Source: the human T2T-CHM13v2.0 reference genome, Homo sapiens. From it: a DNA stretch of 64,000 nt. Position 1 is the first letter of the stretch. The number at the start of each line of letters is the position of its first letter. Shown in pieces: positions 45,495 through 58,452 of the stretch. The stretch lies in NCBI RefSeq assembly GCF_009914755.1, contig NC_060931.1; one strand, written 5' to 3'. The notes under the pieces are model-generated. The model was given only the letters and a program-made list of their open reading frames with translations. It searched no databases and was not told where the DNA came from. Made by a program: the position numbers and the translations under genes.

Positions 45495-47335
45495 AAGAAT
45501 CACCCGGAAGTAAAAGGTAAAAGCTGCAATCTCAAATAAAATTACCAGTTGTGTTTTTCAGTTGTTACAGGAAGCAAGTGTCAAAACTGCTTTCACCAGA
45601 AAATGTGGGGAAACAGACAGCTTTTGCTGCTCCCGAGTGTGAAATGATTCCAACTGAATGGGTTTGCAGAAGAATAGCAACTGATTCTTTTTTCAAAAGA
45701 AATCCTGATGACAAGGAAGGATATAAGTTTTACCCACCTAAAGTGGAGATGTTTTTCAAGGATGATGCCAGTAATGACCCAGAGTCATCTGAGGAACAGC
45801 TAATTGCTCCAAAATTTTGCTTTGGTGAACTTCTCATAGGCCAAACTGAAGTGGATATCATGTCATATAGTACATAGGCTCTTTTTTGAAATACTGGAGA
45901 AATCTTGGTTGCCCCAGAACTGTATGCTGGTTGATATGAAGATCAAATTTGGTGTTGATGTAACCCCTAAAGAAATTGTTCTTGCTGATGTTATTGATAA
46001 TGATTCCTGGAGACTCTGGCCATCAGTAGATGGAAGCCAACAGAAAGACAAACAGCCTCATCAGGACCTCAAAGAAGTAACTCCTGAAGGGCTCAAGATG
46101 GTTATAGAAAAACTTAGAGTGGGTTGCAGAGAGAGAGAAGAGTTGCTTTTGAAATTAGAAAGTCCGTGCGGGATGGCAGTATTGGTAGGCTCTACTTCTG
46201 ATCTTGGCCACTGTGAAAAAATCAAGAAGGCCTGTGGAAATCTTGGCATTTCCTGAGAACTTCAAGTAACATCTGTGCATAAAGGACCAGATAAAACTCT
46301 GCGGATTAAAGGTGAGTGTGAAGGGGATGGCATTCCCACTGTGTTTGTGGCAGTGGCAGGCAGAAGAAATGGTTTGGGACCAGTGACGTCTGGGAACACT
46401 GCATATCCAGTTATCAGCTGTCCTCCGCTCAAGCAGACTGGGGAGCTCAGGATGTGTGGTCTTCTCCTCGACTACCCAGTGGTCTCAGCTGCTCAACCAC
46501 CCTTTCTCCAGAAGGATCAGCTCAGTTTGCTGCACAGATATTTGGGTTAAACAATCATTTGCTGTGGGGCAGACTGTGAGCAAGCGTTTTGAACACATGG
46601 ATTTTCTTGAAGCAGGTTGACAAGGAAATCAGAGAACGTAATTTATAAGAAAGATTGTCATTGCTTTTTTTAGGGGGGAACTACAAATGTTTAGCTGCAG
46701 GAAAATCAAGCAAGATGAAAAGATGATGCTAAATTAGAGAACACAAATACAATGTATTAGTGAATAAATGCTTTTCCAGATCCATAGGTATGTAGAATAT
46801 CTGTTCATATTTATTAATATCTCCTTATGAGCAGAGAAGTTACTATAAGGACATTTTCAAATTACTCTCCTGTCCACTGTATGGTCATTGTTAGGTGATA
46901 ATATAATTAAAGAAATATCTTTTATAAATGCTAATAATGTTCTATTATAAAGCTCTAGAGTTATTACCTGACCTTCTGTATGTCAATCCATAAGTTTTAG
47001 AAAGTAAAACTGGCTATATTTTAGGTGATAAGAGCAATATAATTCTCATTCACTCTGTGGTCTTCACAAAATTCTAAGGGTATAGTTCTAAATTTTCAAT
47101 TAGTATTTCAGAAAGTGATTTCTATTTACATGTATATCTATAGATACGTTTTGATTTTCTTTTAAGGAAAAGTTGAGATTGGGTAGAAAACAAGGTAGAG
47201 GAACACTGTTGGACCCACGGAAAGGGGACTTTTCTGAGACTTTCTCTGTTGGTTTTTAGAGCAATTTTCCATGGAAACAGTAGAGTTACCTTTGCCATGC
47301 CAAATGAAGATTTAGCGAATCTTACTTGGCTATGT

Positions 47336-47356
47336 AACAACAACAACAACAACAAC
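47336..47356 (+). repeat. (CAA)n microsatellite
   Basis: aacaacaacaacaacaacaac at the 3' end of the PAICS retrocopy. Confidence 0.9.
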
Positions 47357-48659
47357 ACTCAATCATAAAATGAACAATTTGATTTTTAAGATGTTCAAAA
47401 TATTTTATTAGACATTCTACCAAAGAAGATATGCAGATGGCAAATAAACACAGGCAGAAATACTCAATATCATTTGTGGGAAAAGCTGTCTTCTTTATAT
47501 TTTCCCATATTTAATTTTTTTCTACTATTAGTAATATTGTATATTACTTCTATCAGAAAAAAATAATTTTAGAATTAGTATGTTCAATTTTATAATCATG
47601 CTTGTATTTTTTTAAATCATGAAGAGCAAACATTGCTGAGAAAATGACACCTATTCTTATGGATGATGGTTTTTTTTTCATTTTTTCACATTTTCAACTT
47701 TCATTTAGTGAACATATGTCACTTTTTATCCTAAAAAATTTTTTAAAATCAATTTTACAAGCATGGGATAGGAAAACTCTGTCTTGTTAATAAATGAAGT
47801 GAAAAATCTCTGTACCTTTAGTTGTTCATAAGTTGAAAATGAGTAACGTGATATATCTTTAAACACAAACTTCCATGTTAGCTACATTAGTAATGCTTCT
47901 TTCCCAGGAACTAATAATCCCCAAGCATATTCCCTTTTCATATCATCTCTGAAATAATCCATGCTATTCTGGGCACCATTTCAACAAGCATGTTGACCAG
48001 TTCAAGCTCACCCAGAGGAAAAGACCCAAGGCGAATATTCAGGAAAGAATGTGATATCAGAAACTCTAAGGCATCAAAGTCTGAGGAAAAATATGAAGAT
48101 ATTCTCTAAATACTTTCGAGGCTGGCATTTAAAAGAAAGAGAATGTCTTCTCTGAATTATCAGAAAACGGACTTCTATCAATTGTTAAGAATATCGTTGC
48201 CAAATATACATTCAAGAACCAGGAGAATGACAACCATATGGGTTCAGGGAACTGTTTGACCTATTTTGAGGCAAACTGGACAGGATCCAATTTGTTTCTT
48301 GAGTCTCAGGAGCCCTTTCTCTGATAGGGGGAAGCAGTGGTAATTGGTCATCCTCGGGAAATAGTATTTCCTCAGAGGCAGCATCCAGTAGTTCCTGAAA
48401 GTCTGGGGCATTTTTTCACAGCTATTTAAACCAAGTAAGTAGTACTAGAACCCTTTGGCGAAGGCTTGGAAGAAGGTTCATGTACCTCATTTGTGGTTAT
48501 TATAGCAGTATTTATCCCTGAAGTAACCTAGTCTCCTTCATTGGAGGGATCTGGGTCTAATGGAACCATTTCTGGGAATTAGGTAAAGGACCATAATTCT
48601 GTCGTTGTGGCTCAACAGACCTCTGTTCATTGGGACTCGTATGTGTTCTAAAAATATAG

Positions 48660-48982
<323 letters not shown>

Positions 48983-49128
48983 TATTTCATTTTTTTAAGA
49001 CCCAGAATTGTGGTGTGTTTTTGGCACATGGAGTTAAATGGAATCAAATACATAGAAAACACATAATATTTCTGAGAGAATTATATTGGCAAAAGTGTCA
49101 GCAGCCTGGTCTTAAAAAAGCTGAGGCT

Positions 49129-49210
49129 GCACATGTATACATATGTAACAAACCTGCACGTTGTGCACATGTACCCTAAAACTTAAAGTATAATAATAAT
49201 TTTAAAAAAT
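49129..49210 (+). mobile_element. Very short young L1PA 3'-end fragment
   Basis: gcacatgtatacatatgtaacaaacctgcacgttgtgcacatgtaccctaaaacttaaagtataataa. Confidence 0.9.
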
Positions 49211-49324
49211 TACTGGCTGACTCTCTTTTTGGACTCAGCCCACCTGCATCCAGGTGAAATAAACAGCTTTATTGCTCACACAAAGCCTGTTTGGTGGTCT
49301 CTTCACATGGACGCGCATGAAATT

Positions 49325-49342
49325 TGGTGCCGTGACTTGGAT
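49325..49342 (+). promoter_or_regulatory. tRNA-His primer binding site
   Basis: tggtgccgtgacttggat directly after U5, one mismatch from the tggtgccgtgactcggat His PBS. Confidence 0.9.
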
Positions 49343-52300
49343 CAGGGGACCTCCCTTGGGAGATCAATCCCCTGTCCTCCTGTTCTTTGCTCCATGAGAA
49401 AGATCCACCTACGACCTCAGGTCCTCAGACCGACCAGCCCAAGGAACATCTCACCAATTTTAAATCAGGTAAGCGGCCTCTTCTTACTCTCTTTCTCCAA
49501 CCTCTCTCACTGTCCCTCAACCACTTTCTCCTTTCCACTCTTCATTCTCTCCCTTCTCTTAATTTCAATTCCTTTCATTTTCTGGGAGAGACAAAGGAGA
49601 CACATTTTACCAGTGGGCCCAAAACTCCGGCGCCAGTCACAGACTGGGAAGGCAGCCTTCCCTTGGTGTTTAATCATTGCAGGGAAGCCTCTCTGATTAT
49701 TGACCCACGTTTCAAAGGTGTCAGACCACGAAGGGATGCCTGCCTTGGTCCTTCACCCTTAGCGGCAAGTCCCGCTTTTCTGGGGAAGGGGCAAGTACCC
49801 CAACCCCTTCTCTCCTTGTCTCTACCCCTTTTCTGCTTTTCTGGGGGAGGGGCAAGTACCCCTCAACCCCTTCTCCTTCACCCTTAGCGGCAAGTCCCGC
49901 TTTTCTAGGGGGCAAGATCCCCCAATCCCTTATTTCCATGCCCCAACCTCGTATCTCTGCGCCCCAATCCCTTATTTCTGTGCCCCAACCTCTTATCTCT
50001 GTGCCCCAATCCCTTATTTCCATGCCCCGACCCCCCTTCCTGCTTTTCGGGAGGGTAAGAACCCCCAAACCCCTTCCCTCCGTGTCTCTACGCTCTCTTT
50101 TCTCTGGGTTTGCCTCCTTCACTATGGGCAACCTTCCACCCTCCATTCCTCCTTCTTCTCCCTTAGCCTGTGTTCTCAAAAACTTAAAACCTCTTCAACT
50201 CACACCTGACCTAAAACCTAAATGCCTTATTTTCTTCTGCAATGCCGCTTGACCCCAATACAAACTCGACAGTATTTGTCCAAATAGCCAGAAAATGGCA
50301 CTTTGAATTTTTCCATCCTGCAAGATCTAAATAATTCTTGTCATAAAATAGGCAAATGGTCTGAGGTGCCTGACGTCCAGGCATTCTTTTACACATCAGT
50401 CCCTTCCTAGTCTCTGTGCCCAGTGCAACTTGTCCCAAATCTTCCTTCTTTCCCTCCCACCTGTCCCCTCAGTACCAACCCCAAGCGTCGCTGAGTCTTT
50501 CTAATCTTCCTTTTCTACAGACCCATCTGACCTCTCCCTTCCTCCCCAGGCTGCTCCTCTCCAGGCCGAGCTAGGTCCCAATTCTTCCTCAGCCTCTGCT
50601 CCTCCACCCTATAATCTTTTTATCACCTCCCCTCCTCACACCTGGTCCGGCTTACAGTTTCGTTCCGTGACTAGCCCTCCCCCACCTGCCCAGCAATTTA
50701 CTCGTAAAAAGGTGGCTGGAGCCAAAGGCATAGTCAAGGTTAATGCTCCTTTTTCTTTATCCCAAATCAGAAGCGTTTAGGCTCTTTTTCATCGAATATA
50801 AAAATCCAGCCCAGTTCATGGCTCGTTGGCAGCAACCCTGAGACGCTTTACAGCCCTAGACCCTAAAAGGTCAAAAGGCCGTCTTATTCTCAAAATACAT
50901 TTTATTACCCAGTCTGCTCCCGACATCAAATAAAACTCCAAAAATTAAATTCTGGCCCTCAAACCCCACAACAGGACTTAATTAACCTCACCTTCAAGGT
51001 GTACAATAACAGAAAAAAGTTGCAATTCCTTGCCTCCACTGTGAGACAAACCCCAGCCACATCTCCAGCACACAAGAACTTCCAAATGCCTGAACTGCAG
51101 CGGCCAGGCGTTCCTCCAGAACCTCCTCCCCCAGGAGCTTGCTACAAGTGCCGGAAATCTGGCCACTGGGCCAAGGAATGCCCACAGCCCGGGATTCCTC
51201 CTAAGCCGCGTCCCGTCTGTGTGGGACCCCACTGAAAATCGGACTGTTCAACTCACCTGGCAGCCACTCCCAGAGCCCCTGGAACTCTGGCCCAAGGCTC
51301 TCTGACTGACTCCTTCCCAGATCTTCTCGGCTTAGCGGCTGAAGACTGACACTGCCCAATTGCCTCGGAAGCCCCCTAGACCATCACGGACGCCGAGCTT
51401 CGGGTAACTCTCACAGTGGAAGGTAAGCCCGTCCCCTTCTTAATCAATACTGAGGCTACCCACTCCACATTACCTTCTTTTCAAGGGCCTGTTTCCCTTG
51501 CCTCCATAACTGTTGTGGGTATTGACGGCCAGGCTTCTAAACCTCTTAAAACTCCCCAACTCTGGTGCCAACTTAGACAATACTCTTTTAAGCACTCCTT
51601 TTTAGTTATCCCCACCTGCCCAGTTCCCTTATTAGGCTGAGACACTTTAACTAAATTGTCTGCTTCCCTGACTATTCCTAGACTACAGCTATATCTCGTT
51701 GCCGCCCTTCTTCCCAATCCAAAGCCTCCTTTTCGTCCTCCTCTTGTATACCCCCACCTTAACCCACAAGTATAAGATACCTCTACTCCCTCCTTGGCAA
51801 CCGATCATGCACCCCTTACCATCTCATTAAAACCTAATCACCCTTACCCCACTCAACGCAAAGATCCCATCCCGCAACACGCTTTAAAAAGATTAAAGCC
51901 TGTTATCACTCGCTTGCTGCAGCATGGCCTTTTAAAGCCTATAAACTCTCCTTACAATTCCCCCATTTTACCTGTCCTAAAACCAGATAAGCCTTACAAG
52001 TTAGTTCAGGATCTGCACCTTATCAACCAAATTGTTTTGCCTATCCACCCCGTGGTGCCAAACCCATATACTCTCCTATCCTCAATACTTGCCTCTACAA
52101 CCCATTATTCTGTTCTGGATCTCAAACATGCTTTCTTTACTATTCCTTTGCACCCGTCATCCCAGCCTCTCTTCGCTTTCACTTGGACTGACCCTCACAC
52201 CCATCAAGCTCAGCAAATTACCTAGGCTGTACTGCCACAAAGCTTCACGGACAGCCCCCATTACTTCAATCAAGCCCAAATTTCTTCCTCATCTGTTACC

Positions 52301-54141
52301 TATCTCGGCATAATTCTCATAAAAACACACGTGCTCTCCCTGCCAATCGTGTCCGACTGATCTCTCAAACCCCAGCACCTTCTACAAAACAACAACTCCT
52401 TTCCTTCCTAGGCATGGTTAGTGCGGTCAGAATTCTTACACAAGAGCCAGGACCGCACCCTGTAGCCTTTCTGTCCAAACAACTCGACCTTACTGTTTTA
52501 GCCTAGCCTTCATGTCTGCGTGCGGCGGCTGCCGCTGCTTTAATATGTTAGAGGCCCTAAAAATCACAAACTATGCTCAACTCACTCTCTACATTTCTCA
52601 TAACTTCCAAAATCTATTTTCTTCCTCATACTTGACACATATACTTTCTGCTCCCCGGCTCCTTCAGCTGTACTCACTCTTTAAGTCCCACAATTACCAT
52701 TGTTCCTGGCCCGGACTTCAATCTGGCCTCTCACATTATTCCTGATACCACACCTGACCCCCATGACTGTATCTCTCTGATCCACCTGATATTCACCCTA
52801 TTTCCCCATATTTCCTTCTTTCCTGTTCCTCACCCTGATCATGCTTGATTTATTGATGGCAGTTCCACCAGGCCTAATCGCCACACACCAGCAAAGGTAG
52901 GCTATGCTATAGTACAAGCCACTAGCCGGCCTCTCAGAACCTCTCATTTCCTTTCCATCGTGGAAATCTATCCTCAAGGAAATAACTTCTCAGTGTTCCA
53001 TCTGTTATTCTACTACTCCTCAGGGATTATTCAGGCCCCCTCCCTTCCCTACACATCAAGCTGGAGGATTTGCCCCCACCCAGGACTGGCAAATTAGCTT
53101 TACTCAACATGCCCGAGTCAGGAAACTAAAATACCTCTTAGTCTAAATAGACTCTTTCACTGAATAAATAGAGGCCTTTCCTACAGGGTCTGAGAAGGCC
53201 ATCGCAGTCATTTCTTCCCTTCTGTCAGACATAATTCCTCAGTTTAGCCTTCCCACCTCTATACAGTCTGATAACAGACCAGCCTTTATTAGTCAAATCA
53301 GCCAAGCAGTTTTTCAGGCTCTTAGTATTCAGTGAAACCTTTATATCCTTTATGGTCCTCCTAAAGGTCTTTTAAAAACACACCTCACCAAGCTCAGCCA
53401 CCAACTTAAAAAGGACTGAACAATACTTTTACCACTTTCTCTTCTCAGAATTCAGGCCTGTCCTCAGAATGTTACAAAGTACAGCCCATTTAAGCTCCTG
53501 TATAGACACTCATTTTTATTAGGCCCCAGTCTCATTCGACACCAGACCAACTTAGACTGTGCCCCAAAAAAACTTGTCATCCCTACTATCTTTTGTCTAG
53601 TCATACTCCTATTCACTATTCTCAAATACTCATACATGCCCCGCTCTTGTTTACACTGCCGGTTTACTGTTTCTCCAAGCCATCACAGCTGATACCTCCT
53701 GGTGCTATCCCCAAACTGCCACTCTAAACTCTTGAAGTAAATAAATAATCTTTGCTGGCAGGACTATGCTGAATCTCCTTAGGCACTCTCTAATCAGATG
53801 TCCTAGGTCCTCCCAATTCTTAGACCTTTTATACCTGTTTTTCTCCTTCTCTTATTCCATTTAGTTTTTCAATTCATGCAAAACCATATCCAGGCCATCA
53901 CCAATCATTCTATATGACAAATGTTCCTTCTAACAACCCCACAATATCACCCCTTACCACAAGATCTTCCTCCAGCTTAATCTCTCCCACTCTAGGTTCC
54001 CACGCCGCCCCTAATCCTGCTCGAAGCAGCCCTGAGAAACATCGCCCATTCTCTCTCCATACCACCCCCAAAAATTTTCGCCGCCCCAGCACTTCAACAC
54101 TATTTTCTTTTATTTTTCTTATTAATATAAGAAGGCAGGAA

Positions 54142-54527
54142 TGTCAGGCCTCTGAGCCCAAGCCAAGCCATTGCATCCCCTGTGACTTGGACGTATACGC
54201 CCAGATGGCCTGAAGTAACTGAAGAATCACAAAAGAAGTGAAAAGGCCCTGCCCCATCCTTAACTGATGACATTCCACCATTGTGATTTGTTCCTGCCCC
54301 ACCTTAACTGAGTGATTAACCCTGTGAATTTCCTTCTTCTGGCTCAGAAGCTCCCCCACTGAGCACCTTGTGACACCCGCCCCTGCCCAACAGAGAACAA
54401 CCCCCTTTGACTGTAATTTTCATTAACTTCCCAAATCCTATAAAACGGCCCCACCCCTATCTCCCTTCACTGACTCTCTTTTTGGACTCAGCCCACCTGC
54501 ACCCAGGTGAAATAAAAAGCTTTATTG

Positions 54528-54535
<8 letters not shown>
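54142..54535 (+). promoter_or_regulatory. LTR7-type U3-R with TATA (54439-54445) and AATAAA (54511-54516)
   Basis: tgtcaggcctctgagcccaag after the PPT aagaaggcaggaa; cctataaaacggccccaccc; gtgaaataaa. Confidence 0.88.
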
Positions 54536-54565
<30 letters not shown>

Positions 54566-54591
54566 AAAAAAAAAAAAAAAAAAAAAAAAAA
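54530..54591 (+). repeat. (CA)16 microsatellite followed by poly-A
   Basis: Directly visible at the 3' end of the HERV-H R region. Confidence 0.95.
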
Positions 54592-55063
54592 TTACCTCTG
54601 AGTCTTCAGTCTTCCAGAATTAAGAAGCTGGGTAAGGATGGAAAAGTAAGGGACTTCCAGTGTGCAGAACCAAGAGCTTGAAGAATAATAGATTAAGATG
54701 CCACTCCTAAAGAAAATAACTAAAACTTAATCATGAAACATTCCTTGCCCCAGGATAGAAGGACCCAGAAATATTTGTACAGCAGGCTTTGGGAACAACT
54801 ATTGAGCAGTAACTGCTATATGCCTACCACTCTTTCTCTTTCTAATGAAAGTGTTTATTTCTGTTATTGTGCTCTCACGCCACAATTGTATGTTAAGTGT
54901 AAACAGTAAAATTGTCTTTATTATTCATAGGTCTCTGACTCAAAGAAAAGCACATCTAGATTTGCTTTATATCACAAGATCCTGGACTTTCTGGCCTGAT
55001 ATTAGGATTAGATGAAGTTGGAGGGAATATAAGCATGTGGATAATCATGATTAATAGGGAAGA

Positions 55064-55500
55064 CTGGTAGATTGAAGTATTTGTCCAAATTCTTCACTTC
55101 CCTGAAATGGTATCTGTCATCATACATCACATGGCCTCATGGTAGGTGGAGTTCCCTGTCTTCTCACTGTGAGTTTGGCTAGGTGACTCGCTTTGGCCAA
55201 TGCGATATTTGATGAGACATGAGCAAAGGCTTGAAATTAACATATGCAGTTGGGCTTTCCCTACATCACTTTTTTGCCATTATTTTAATAAGGATATAAC
55301 CTGAATAGCTTCTGCCCATCTGGCTTGGCCCCATAATTAAATGCATTGAACAGAACAGCTCCAGCCAATGCAAATCTGCAGCTTGAAGAAGAGCCACTTC
55401 AGTCACCCACAGATACGTGAGCAAGAAATAAATGCTTATCACTTGCCACTGATATATTGTTTTTGTCACAATAGCTTTTTGCAGCAATAGTTTACTAATA
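55064..55500 (+). mobile_element. MLT1-family (MaLR) LTR, preceded by MLT1-internal-like sequence
   Basis: ggtgactcgctttggccaat...gtgagcaagaaataaatgctt...gcagcaatagtttactaata. Confidence 0.7.
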
Positions 55501-57296
55501 TTGGGGTCCTAGTCCTCTAATTCTTTCACAAAAGTTATTTCATGAAAATATGAAATCATATCATGAAGGAATCCATTACTTTGGCAGAAAAAGAAAACAC
55601 CTAAATTTGTTTTTTTTCTGTTGTTGTTTCTCAGCCTTGAAACTACAAAACATAAGAAATTGTTTCAAAATCAAATAAACTACTGAGTTTCTGCATCAAT
55701 TGTGGTTCTTTGGTTGTACACAATTACGGCTAACTTAAACAAAAGAGACATTCATTGAAACATTATCAGAAGTTAATGGAATTGACTGGAAGCCTGAAGA
55801 ACCAAACTAGAAATCAATAGGAACCAAGACAGTTTCTGGAACCTAGAAGGCAAGAAAACCAGGAATGGCCTAATAGAGGAAGGAATCTGGTTAGAATGCT
55901 GTGGATGGGAGATGGATAAATTCCAAATATTTTCAGACCTGTTTTTACTTCTTCTGAGGATTCAAATCTCAAGAAGAAAGAATCAAACTGATTCTTTGGC
56001 ATAAGAGAGAAAAGGACCTGAATAGGAGAGAGCAGGACCCCTGGTTACAGTTTCATCCAGCTAAAAAAAAAAAAAAAAAAGAGTTAAATCCTGGAAAAAA
56101 AAGTCTGGCTGCTGTCAGGAAGGAAAATGTATGTAAAGAAGAAAAGAACTGTCTTCTTTGCTTGGTAAACCTACACATGCCCCTCAGAGAATGGTGCCGA
56201 AGTACCTCCCAAAGAACTTCCATTTACCCGTGAGCTTTATCATATGAGTTTACACCTGCTTCTTCCCAAGCCTCACTAAAATGATAACTAAGAAACTGCA
56301 AAAGACATAACCTTCAATAATCAAAAAGAGACTGGAGATGACAGCAACAAAATGCTGTTTTGCAAAACAGATGGATGGGTAACCAACTTAGCAGACCAAG
56401 GAAAACAGAAACCTAAACTGTAAGTGCAGTAGCCCTAATGCCCAAATTTATACTACAGATTATTAGGAAGCCTCAGGAACTCAAAAACAGTCGAGATTAG
56501 AAGGCTGAATAAAGGCTGGTTAAAATGTCTGCACAGAAGCCGTTAGATCCCTGAAGTCAATGAGCTACCGTTACTCTATCTTTAGCGGGAACCAGGAAAA
56601 GTTGACCTAGAGCACTCTATACTCAGGGATGACACATGTATCCAAGACCAAGAGTCCTATGAAAACAGGGGCATTGACTAAGACTCCTTCTGTATCCCCA
56701 CTCCAGGCCCCGTCCTCTCTGAGTTTCCCAGGATGCTGGCAGCCAGCTTACACCTGACAGGCTAAAGACTAGGAGGTCTCTTTCTGAGTATACTGACACA
56801 TCAGTAGAAGAGACTTACGGGTCGTGGTATTTAGAGATGGCACAGTGAAGTAGCTGAGGCCCCACCCAAATGCTGAAGCCCACCCATCAAAGCTTCATCT
56901 GGGAATGCTGTGCTTCTAGATAATGTTTCTTGATTCATTTATGAAAGTGAACAAAGAGCTAAGAAGCACCAGTCATTTTAAAAACCTCTAATGTTAGAAA
57001 AATAAACACACAAAAAGCAATCTCAGGGGAAAGAAAGATATTGCAAAATACACATAATGCATTACCTCAGAGAAATTAGAAAAGATATTGCACCTATAAA
57101 ATAAGAATAAATAGAACATCACATCATACAAGAAAAAGGAACATCAGAGAATAAAATGTTCTTTAAAATAAGAAATTTGAGAGTAGAAATGAAAATTTTA
57201 ATGAAAATGTTGAGAGATAGAGAATACCTCCCATGAGTAACACAAAAAGAGAAGAAAAATTACAGAAAGTACACACTTAAAAAAACATAGAGGAGT

Positions 57297-57590
57297 GGCT
57301 GGGCGCTGTGGCTCACACCTGTAATCCCAGCATTTTGGGAGGCCGAGGCGGGCGGATCAGGAGGTCAGGAGTTCAAGACCAGCCTGACCAACATGGTGAA
57401 ACCCTGTCTCTACTAAAAGTACAAAAATCAGCTGGGCATGGTGGCATGCACCTGTAATTCCAGCTACTCGGGAGGCTGAGGCAGGAGAATCGTTTGAACC
57501 CAGTGAGCCAAGATCACACCACTGCACTCCAGCCTGGGCAACAGAGTGAGACGCTGTTTCCAGAAAAAAAAAGAAAAAGAAGAAAGGAAA
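57297..57590 (+). mobile_element. AluS with a short right-arm deletion
   Basis: ggctgggcgctgtggctcacac...tttgaacccagtgagcc, lacking the gggaggcggaggttg segment. Confidence 0.92.
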
Positions 57591-58452
57591 CATAATAATT
57601 GGTGATAACAGAATAATCTATGACTCAGCTATGATTAATGTTAACATAGTTATAATCATGTACATAGTGAATATTGCTGTATGCCAAAATTATGATATAA
57701 TTATTATATGGAGAAAGGAAATACATGTGTGTTTGTCTTGTATGTATTTGCGTTGAAGAGAAGAGGTCTAAAAAAACCAAATGCTCCTCTTCCACAGTAA
57801 AATGACGAGAAATAATACACGTATAAAACTGAAAAAAATTAGCTAGATTGACTGGTTTTTAAATAAAATGCAGAGATGCAGCTCAAACAGTTAAATTGAG
57901 AAGTCAGAAGTGGGGAATGGCAGGATAGGGCTGATGACTTCTTTTCAATCTTACCTAATTATTTTTTAATTTTGATAAAAATTTAACAGTCAACTAAAAA
58001 AGAAGTGTATTTTCTTGCCCAGAGCTTGAGGATGAAGTAGGGTATGTAGTAATATTCAGGAGAGGGGCTTACAAAGAATCACCCAGCTAGCAGCAAGGAG
58101 AGGTGTCCAACAGAACTGTGCCTCCTCAAGCTCTTCCTGTGGAATGAGGCCAGCTGTGGAAATCCTCATGGAGTGCAAAGGGCAGAGAGATTCCTCAGAT
58201 GAGAAAACAGAAAGGAATGAGCAGATGCTGCCCTGCAGCCAATAGCTCTATTAGGAAACTTTCTCTGAGTATCTTGGAATCAGTAACAAGATTGAATTTT
58301 AGATTCAAGCATACATAGCAGTCTTTTAATTTAAGAGACATAACCCTGAAGATTGATCCTGAGGATGGATGCAGAGGATCGGCCATCAGGGGGAAGAATG
58401 CAGACTGCAGACTGCTGTCGCTCTGTGTGTCAAGATAAATAAGAAGATAATA

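Larger units (their letters stand above)
49214..54591 (+). mobile_element. HERV-H with RNA-like structure (R-U5, PBS, gag-pro-pol remnants, PPT, U3-R, poly-A)
   Basis: Begins at R (gctgactctctttttggactcagccc). U5 ends gcgcatgaaa at 49322. Gag zinc knuckle CYKCRKSGHWAKEC; protease remnant FLINTEATHS; RT remnant NSPYNSPILPVLKP...LDLKHAFFTIPL. 3' LTR7-like sequence from 54142 stops at R, then poly-A. TSD aaaaaattac (49204-49213 / 54586-54595). Confidence 0.93.

Noticed and set aside
49721-50252. Repetitive ORFs (EIRDWG / PQSLISV repeats) as a novel protein
   Set aside because: They come from the ~21-bp tandem repeats and direct repeats of the HERV-H leader/gag region.
50999-53550. Functional HERV-H gag/pro/pol
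   Set aside because: Only short fragments are open, the protease motif reads NTE instead of DTG, RT is interrupted, and no env ORF is present.
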